Source of the DNA: an uncultured virus (IMG/VR IMGVR_UViG_3300047564_002075)
Taxonomy: Duplodnaviria; Heunggongvirae; Uroviricota; Caudoviricetes
DNA: 20,000 nucleotides
Virus record (IMG/VR): IMGVR_UViG_3300047564_002075
Reading direction: 5' to 3' (one strand)
Shown: one piece after another, positions 15,149 to 20,000 of the stretch
Position numbering within the stretch: the first letter of the stretch is position 1
Layout of the letters: each line of letters opens with the position of its first letter
Program-made: the position numbers and the translations under genes
The notes under the pieces: generated by a model
The model's input: the letters and a program-made list of their open reading frames with translations, nothing else
Told to the model about the DNA's origin: nothing
The model's database searches: none

Positions 15149-15177
15149 AGTATACCACTATATTTGCTATATCACAA
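15149..15177 (-). promoter_or_regulatory. Sigma70-type promoter for the 15082 gene cluster
   Basis: TTGTGA-N17-TATACT on the - strand. Confidence 0.55.
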
Positions 15178-15201
15178 GTACCCGATACTGGGTATATTCA
15201 T

Positions 15202-15256
15202 AGTGATGTATATCAGATGCAGAGTGATGTATATCAGATGCAGAATGATGCATATA
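15202..15256. repeat. Tandem 21-bp direct repeat (two perfect copies plus one partial)
   Basis: AGTGATGTATATCAGATGCAG at 15202-15222 and 15223-15243, then degenerate AATGATGCATATA. Confidence 0.9.
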
Positions 15257-15296
15257 ACCACATATAGATCTTGATTCCCTAACAGTTCATAGACAC

Positions 15297-15321
15297 AAAA
15301 AAAGAGTCCCGAAGGACTCTT
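15297..15321 (-). terminator. Intrinsic terminator after psbD
   Basis: On -: AAGAGTCC-TTCG-GGACTCTT followed by a T-run (UUCG tetraloop). Confidence 0.92.
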
Positions 15322-15328
15322 GAATGAT

Positions 15329-16390
15329 TTATAGAGCATTACCTCTCGGTAAGACCTCTTCTGGAAACACAAAGTTCTCATGAGGTTGATCTACTGGTGC
15401 CATCCAGGCACGCAGACCTTCATTAAGGAGGATATTCTTCGTATAGAAAGTTTCAAATTCAGGATCCTCCGCAGCACGAATCTCCTGAGAAACAAAGTCA
15501 TAAGCACGAAGGTTAAGGGCAAGACCAATAATACCGATACTGGAGGTCCAGAGACCCATAACAGGCACAAACAACATAAAGAAATGAAGCCAACGCTTGT
15601 TACTAAAAGCAATACCAAAAATCTGAGACCAATATCTATTAGCAGTGACCATAGAATACGTCTCTTCTTCTTGTGTTGGTTCAAAGGCTTTGAAAGTGTT
15701 TGCTTTTTCACCATCTTCGTAAAGAGTATTTTCAACTGTAGCGCCATGAATGGCACAGAGTAGTGCTCCTCCTAGAATACCAGCAACTCCCATCATATGA
15801 AAAGGATTAAGAGTCCAGTTGTGGAAACCCTGAAGGAACAGAAGGAACCTGAAGATTGCTGCGACTCCAAAGGATGGTGCAAAGAACCAACTGGATTGAC
15901 CCAGAGGGTACATCAGGAACACGCTGACGAATACAGCGATAGGACCAGAGAATGCGATTGCGTTATAAGGACGGATACCCACCAGGCGAGCAATCTCAAA
16001 CTGACGCAACATGAAACCTATAAGAGCGAAGGCTCCATGGAGCGCCACAAAAGGCCAGAGTCCCCCAAGTTGGAACCACCTGACGATATCTCCCTGAGCC
16101 TCAGGGCCCCAGAGAAGAAGAAGAGAATGACCCATAGAATCTGCTGGAGTACTAACTGCCGCAGTAAGAAAGTTTGCACCCTCAAGATAGCTGGATGCAA
16201 GGCCATGAGTGTACCAACTCGTAACGAAAGTTGTCCCAGTAAGCCAACCACCAAGAGCAAGATAAGCTGTGGGAAAAAGAAGAAGTCCAGACCAGCCAAC
16301 AAAAACGAAACGGTCTCTCTTAAGCCAGTCATCCAGTACATCAAACCATCCTCTCTGTGTAATTGGTTGTGAAAGTGTAGATGAAACCAT
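15329..16390 (-). CDS. psbD: Photosystem II D2 protein
   Basis: [22 protein letters not shown]...[10 protein letters not shown], full length, GGAGG RBS. Confidence 0.99.
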   Translation of the reverse strand: MVSSTLSQPITQRGWFDVLDDWLKRDRFVFVGWSGLLLFPTAYLALGGWLTGTTFVTSWYTHGLASSYLEGANFLTAAVSTPADSMGHSLLLLWGPEAQGDIVRWFQLGGLWPFVALHGAFALIGFMLRQFEIARLVGIRPYNAIAFSGPIAVFVSVFLMYPLGQSSWFFAPSFGVAAIFRFLLFLQGFHNWTLNPFHMMGVAGILGGALLCAIHGATVENTLYEDGEKANTFKAFEPTQEEETYSMVTANRYWSQIFGIAFSNKRWLHFFMLFVPVMGLWTSSIGIIGLALNLRAYDFVSQEIRAAEDPEFETFYTKNILLNEGLRAWMAPVDQPHENFVFPEEVLPRGNAL

Positions 16391-16402
16391 ATATAACCTC
16401 CG

Positions 16403-16431
16403 AAAAAGAAGGGGGATCCGAAGATCCCCCT
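16403..16431 (-). terminator. Hairpin/terminator between psbA and psbD
   Basis: On -: GGGGGATC-TTCG-GATCCCC(C) then TTCTTTTT. Confidence 0.85.
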
Positions 16432-16450
16432 GTAGTTTATTTTATCAAAC

Positions 16451-17530
16451 TCAACCGATTGCAGGTGCGGTGAGAGCAACAGGAGTGTTCTCTGCAGCAG
16501 CAAGGTCAAGAGGGAAGTTGTGAGCATTACGCTCGTGCATGACTTCCATACCAAGACCAGCACGGTTCAGAACATCAGCCCAAGTGTTGAGTACACGACC
16601 TTGTGAGTCAATGATGGACTGGTTGAAGTTGAAACCGTTGAGGTTGAAGGCCATCGTGGAAACACCAAGAGCAGTGAACCAGATACCAACTACAGGCCAT
16701 GCAGCAAGGAAGAAGTGCAGTGAACGAGAGTTGTTGAATGATGCATACTGGAAGATGAGACGACCGAAGTATCCATGAGCAGCAACGATGTTGTAGGTCT
16801 CTTCTTCTTGACCGAACTTGTAACCATAGTTCTGGGACTCATTCTCGGTGGTCTCCCTTACGAGCGAAGACGTGACCAGACTTCCGTGCATAGCACTAAA
16901 CAGACTGCCACCAAATACCCCAGCCACGCCAAGCATATGGAACGGATGCATAAGGATATTGTGTTCTGCTTGGAAGACGAGCATGTAGTTAAACGTTCCC
17001 GAGATTCCAAGAGGCATTCCATCGGAGAAGGAACCTTGACCGAAGGGATAAACAAGGAACACAGCAGTCGCAGCAGCCACGGGAGCAGAATAAGCAACGC
17101 AAATCCAAGGACGCATACCAAGACGGTATGAAAGTTCCCATTCGCGCCCCATGTAGCAGAAGACACCAATGAGGAAGTGGAAAACCACGAGTTGGTAAGG
17201 TCCGCCATTGTAGAGCCATTCATCAAGTGAAGAAGCTTCCCAGATGGGATAGAAGTGAAGTCCAATAGCATTGGACGAAGGAACAACAGCACCAGAGATG
17301 ATGTTGTTTCCATACATTAGAGAACCAGCAACAGGTTCACGAATCCCGTCAATGTCAACGGGTGGTGCAGCGACAAAGGCAACAATGAAACAAATAGCAG
17401 CTGCGAGTAGAGTTGGAATCATTAGAGTTCCGAACCAACCAACATAAAGACGATTGTTGGTTGAAGTGATCCACTCACAGAATTGTTCCCAAGTGTTGCC
17501 ACTTCGCTGTTGAGCGAGAGTTGCAGTCAT
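16451..17530 (-). CDS. psbA: Photosystem II D1 protein
   Basis: [34 protein letters not shown] plus C-terminal extension. Uninterrupted 359 aa. Confidence 0.99.
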   Translation of the reverse strand: MTATLAQQRSGNTWEQFCEWITSTNNRLYVGWFGTLMIPTLLAAAICFIVAFVAAPPVDIDGIREPVAGSLMYGNNIISGAVVPSSNAIGLHFYPIWEASSLDEWLYNGGPYQLVVFHFLIGVFCYMGREWELSYRLGMRPWICVAYSAPVAAATAVFLVYPFGQGSFSDGMPLGISGTFNYMLVFQAEHNILMHPFHMLGVAGVFGGSLFSAMHGSLVTSSLVRETTENESQNYGYKFGQEEETYNIVAAHGYFGRLIFQYASFNNSRSLHFFLAAWPVVGIWFTALGVSTMAFNLNGFNFNQSIIDSQGRVLNTWADVLNRAGLGMEVMHERNAHNFPLDLAAAENTPVALTAPAIG

Positions 17531-17564
17531 AGTTAATACTCCGAGTAATTGGGGAAGTAAGTAT

Positions 17565-17592
17565 TGTTAAGGAATGTTTTGATTCCTTAACA
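17565..17592 (-). promoter_or_regulatory. Perfect 11-bp inverted repeat at the start of the psbA 5' UTR
   Basis: TGTTAAGGAAT (17565-75) / ATTCCTTAACA (17582-92) with a 6-nt loop. Confidence 0.7.
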
Positions 17593-17594
17593 TT

Positions 17595-17628
17595 TATTTA
17601 TAATACCACACCCTTGATCTGGTGTCAA
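17595..17628 (-). promoter_or_regulatory. Overlapping early (sigma70) and late promoters of psbA
   Basis: TTGACA(17628-23)-N17-TATTAT(17605-00) overlapping TATAAATA (17602-17595). Confidence 0.85.
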
Positions 17629-17639
17629 GGGGCCGGGAC

Positions 17640-17664
17640 AAAAAAACCTCCCCGAAGGGAGGTT
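17640..17664 (-). terminator. Intrinsic terminator after peroxiredoxin
   Basis: On -: AACCTCCC-TTCG-GGGAGGTT followed by a T-run. Confidence 0.9.
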
Positions 17665-17669
17665 GGTTA

Positions 17670-18191
17670 TCAGACGGTGGCGACTTCTCGCACAGTGGAT
17701 TTAACATATTCCAGAACTTTCTCTGGGGTGGTTTCACCATAAGGATCATCAGTTGCATCATCACGTTTGCCTGGTTCTTCAACCATCCATTCAATCTCTC
17801 CGTTATCTACTACAGCAGCATAACGCCAAGAACGAGAACCAAAACCAAGATTCAGTTTAGTCACTTCCATACCCATCAGACGAGTGAAAGAACCATTACC
17901 ATCTGGAATCAGTTGAACATTCTTAATACCTTGATCTTGTGCCCATGCATTCATTACAAATGCATCGTTCACAGAGATGCAGTAAATGGCATCAATACCC
18001 AGTGAATCAAACTGTTCATACATTTCTTCAAAACCAGGAAGTTGGTATGCAGAACATGTAGGAGTAAATGCACCAGGGAGGGAGAAGATAACCACACGCT
18101 TACCTTCAAACAGTTCGGTAGTATCGCGGGTTACAAACTCACCGTTTTCACGAAAAATAAATGAGACATTAGGAATTGTTTGTCGGGTCAT
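17670..18191 (-). CDS. Peroxiredoxin (type II / Prx5-like)
   Basis: LPGAFTPTCS, C.SVND.FVM.AW, PDGNG.FT and G.RSWRY motifs. Confidence 0.95.
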   Translation of the reverse strand: MTRQTIPNVSFIFRENGEFVTRDTTELFEGKRVVIFSLPGAFTPTCSAYQLPGFEEMYEQFDSLGIDAIYCISVNDAFVMNAWAQDQGIKNVQLIPDGNGSFTRLMGMEVTKLNLGFGSRSWRYAAVVDNGEIEWMVEEPGKRDDATDDPYGETTPEKVLEYVKSTVREVATV

Positions 18192-18447
18192 GTTTTTGTT
18201 TCAAATCAGGGTTAGGTTGTGAAGGAACTACAGGGTTCCTTGATTTATTTTTAATTACAATAAACGCATCAGATTGATACGTAACTGTTCCGAATGGTTT
18301 TGCCCATTTGGGATTTGCATCTGGGTGAGTGGCGGTTCCTGTTACAGCAACACCACCAATCTCAACAGATAATTCATCATTAGGATCCCAGTTTAATTCT
18401 TGTAGGGCAAGAGCAAATTGCCCCAGCATACCACCAGTGCTCACCAT
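18169..18447 (-). CDS. Conserved cyanophage hypothetical protein
   Basis: MLGQ...AL..L.W...D...V.IGG...G....N.KWAKP.G...YQ.DAFIVIKN..R.PV. Follows hli. Confidence 0.75.
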   Translation of the reverse strand: MVSTGGMLGQFALALQELNWDPNDELSVEIGGVAVTGTATHPDANPKWAKPFGTVTYQSDAFIVIKNKSRNPVVPSQPNPDLKQKHDPTNNS

Positions 18448-18560
18448 ACACCAGGAATGACTTGACCAGTGGCGAGATAAGCACCAACAGCGGCAACAAA
18501 ACCAAGCATGGCGAGACGACCATTCAGACGCTCAGCTTTTTCAGTAAAAATCTTGTCCAT
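18441..18560 (-). CDS. hli: High-light-inducible protein (39 aa, absent from the ORF track)
   Basis: MDKIFTEKAERLNGRLAMLGFVAAVGAYLATGQVIPGVW with AExxNGRxAMxG and TGQxxPG motifs. GAGGAG RBS. Confidence 0.95.
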   Translation of the reverse strand: MDKIFTEKAERLNGRLAMLGFVAAVGAYLATGQVIPGVW

Positions 18561-18571
18561 AGTTTTTCTCC

Positions 18572-18658
18572 TCAGTAAGTTTCAGAAAGTTGATTTACAG
18601 AATGTGCAAGAAGCACAAAGAAAGTTACACTAGTAAGTGTAAAAATTACTTCAGTCAT
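18572..18658 (-). CDS. 28-aa hydrophobic peptide between the two hli genes
   Basis: MTEVIFTLTSVTFFVLLAHSVNQLSETY. TGATG overlap with the upstream hli stop; its own stop overlaps the next RBS. Confidence 0.7.
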   Translation of the reverse strand: MTEVIFTLTSVTFFVLLAHSVNQLSETY

Positions 18659-18852
18659 CAGAAGACACCGAAGAAGAGCTTGCCAGTGATAGCATAAGAA
18701 ATGAACCCAGCAATAATACCGACCATAGCCCAACGTCCATTATAGGTCTCCTTGATTTCGTTTGGGGAATACATCCCATAGTTTTCATAATACATTGTAG
18801 GTTCTTTGGCCCACATATTTTGTTGACCGCGATCATTAGTTGTTACCGTCAT
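18658..18852 (-). CDS. hli: High-light-inducible protein with N-terminal extension
   Basis: E.YNGRWAMVG...SYAITGKLFFGVF and N-terminal GQQNMWAKEP segment. Confidence 0.92.
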   Translation of the reverse strand: MTVTTNDRGQQNMWAKEPTMYYENYGMYSPNEIKETYNGRWAMVGIIAGFISYAITGKLFFGVF

Positions 18853-18877
18853 TTCGTCTATTACGAATTGTTACAAT

Positions 18878-18906
18878 AGTATATATGAAAAAAGAGGGAC
18901 TGTCAA
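18878..18906 (-). promoter_or_regulatory. Sigma70-type promoter of the hli-hli-prx unit
   Basis: TTGACA-N17-TATACT. The -35 box lies in the loop of the upstream terminator. Confidence 0.85.
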
Positions 18907-18915
18907 GCCCCTCTT
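18888..18915 (-). terminator. Intrinsic terminator after the SLH outer-membrane protein gene
   Basis: AAGAGGG (18892-98) / CCCTCTT (18909-15) with a T-run on the - strand. Confidence 0.75.
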
Positions 18916-18937
18916 GTAAGGAAGTTCTGACAGATTA

Positions 18938-19819
18938 TCAGAACTTGAAACCAAGACCAGTGGTGAACACAGGCGAATAGGTTCCGTTAGAAGCACCATA
19001 GCTGTTAGCAGCATTGGTGGTAGGGAACTTCAGATCAGCGAAACCAACGAGAGAGTTGGTGATGCGACCTTCCACACCAAGAGCAAGAACAACTTGACCA
19101 CGATTTCCTACAGCAGACTGGTAGTTTGCTTGAGTATCATTGGTGAAAGGAACTTGATAACCAACACCAGTATAGATGTTAGCACGACTTACACCAGAAG
19201 CAGCACGGGAGATACTCCAATCATAAGAAACAAGAGCACCACCAGCAGTACCGATATTGCTGTTAGGACCAGCAACTGCATTCAGGTAAGGACGGAGAGA
19301 AACAGCATTCTGATTGCTGAAGTTCTTTACAGCATAACGTGCTTGAAGAGTAGCACCAGAGATGGTGCGGTCAGAGGTATAACCACCACCATTAACACCT
19401 TGCTTGTTTAGAAGAACACCAAGACCGAGATAGTTACCAACGCCTTGTGCTTTCTGAGCGGCAGCAACTTCAAGAGCAGTTACACGGGTGTTTGTAGCAG
19501 AAAGTTCCTTAGCAAATTCTGCACGAAGAGCAGCAGCGAGTTGTGCATCTGCAGCAGTTTGGAACTCAGCAATACGATCAAGACAAGCGTTAGTCAGAGC
19601 AGCCAGTTCGGCACGAGTGGCAGGTTGACCAGGCTGGAAAGTACCGTTTGGATAACCAGCAACACAACCATAACGAGAAATTAGGTTGGAGATTGCCTGA
19701 TAGGACCACTCAGTAGGTTGAACATCACGCAGTTGCGAAACACTGGTGACTTGTGCCATAGCGGGGGCAGCAATAGAAGCTGCAGCAACACCAGCGGCAA
19801 TAAACGAACGAATCATCAT
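18938..19819 (-). CDS. SLH-domain outer-membrane protein (cyanobacterial porin-type N-terminus plus short beta-barrel)
   Basis: Signal peptide ending APAMA, then QVTSVSQL.DVQPT.W.YQA..NL..RYGCVAGYP.GTF...TR.E.AA..NACLD, a coiled coil, amphipathic beta strands and terminal GLGFKF. Confidence 0.85.
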   Translation of the reverse strand: MMIRSFIAAGVAAASIAAPAMAQVTSVSQLRDVQPTEWSYQAISNLISRYGCVAGYPNGTFQPGQPATRAELAALTNACLDRIAEFQTAADAQLAAALRAEFAKELSATNTRVTALEVAAAQKAQGVGNYLGLGVLLNKQGVNGGGYTSDRTISGATLQARYAVKNFSNQNAVSLRPYLNAVAGPNSNIGTAGGALVSYDWSISRAASGVSRANIYTGVGYQVPFTNDTQANYQSAVGNRGQVVLALGVEGRITNSLVGFADLKFPTTNAANSYGASNGTYSPVFTTGLGFKF

Positions 19820-19845
19820 AGTAATGTATAGTAAATTACAGATTT

Positions 19846-19853
19846 TATTTATA
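19846..19853 (-). promoter_or_regulatory. Late promoter (TATAAATA) upstream of the SLH protein gene
   Basis: Exact match 26 nt upstream of the start codon. Confidence 0.7.
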
Positions 19854-19878
19854 TTTGTTCGGGTGTTCGGATACCCGA

Positions 19879-19961
19879 TGTCGGTAAGAGGACTTGAACC
19901 TCCACGTCATAAAGACACTGGAACCTAAACCCAGCGCGTCTACCAATTCCGCCATACCGAC
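19879..19961 (-). tRNA. trnL: tRNA-Leu (anticodon UAG), CCA not encoded
   Basis: GTCGGTA/TACCGAC acceptor stem, D-arm TGGCGGAATTGGTAGACGC, anticodon arm CTGGG-TTTAGGT-TCCAG, long variable arm, T-arm GGTTCAAGTCC. Confidence 0.97.
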
Positions 19962-20000
19962 GAGTGGGGGTTGTCAACCCCCTGTGCTAGGCTCGCCACC

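Noticed and set aside
15202..15256. CRISPR mini-array
   Set aside because: The repeats are directly adjacent with no spacers, and no cas genes are present.
15172..15381. 69-aa hydrophobic ORF crossing the psbD end
   Set aside because: It spans a strong terminator, has no RBS, and its repeat content comes from the 21-bp duplication.
15380..17313. Many long alternative-frame and antisense ORFs over psbA and psbD
   Set aside because: Shadow ORFs from the codon bias of the real genes; no RBS or recognisable motifs.
15329..17530. Group I intron in psbA or a homing endonuclease between psbA and psbD
   Set aside because: Both genes are uninterrupted and the spacer is only 60 nt.
19962..20000. Hairpin containing TTGACA and a GC-rich end suggesting another RNA gene
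   Set aside because: Truncated by the window edge and no -10 box at the proper spacing, so it cannot be supported.

Overview
This window is part of a T4-like cyanomyovirus genome, probably from a freshwater Synechococcus/Cyanobium-type host (host inferred, not shown). Bases 1-11.3 kb are ordinary core genes: a gp2-like fragment, gp4, gp48, gp53, gp32, gp59, gp33, an exonuclease, phoH, a DenV-like protein, thyX, RNase H, glutaredoxin and speD. Bases 15.3-20 kb hold auxiliary photosynthesis and redox genes (psbD, psbA, peroxiredoxin, two hli), a short SLH-domain outer-membrane protein and tRNA-Leu(UAG). The unusual part is a self-contained + strand operon at about 11338-14186, inserted against the local gene direction behind a perfect T4 late promoter. 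It has a ~240-nt structured leader with an anti-SD switch-like layout and a Met-Tyr-Tyr mini-ORF. Five genes follow: an 11-residue-repeat coiled-coil protein, a Cys-flanked short collagen protein, a papain-family protease, an unannotated 45-aa peptide with 22 Tyr, and a second Tyr-rich protein. The last protein shares a 22-residue SQ-x5-Q-x3-NFGxM-x2-VxQ motif with the C-terminus of the first. My inference, untested, is a phage-encoded self-assembling, cross-linkable fibre, coat or matrix system. Gene names rest on motif recognition and synteny; no database searches were run.
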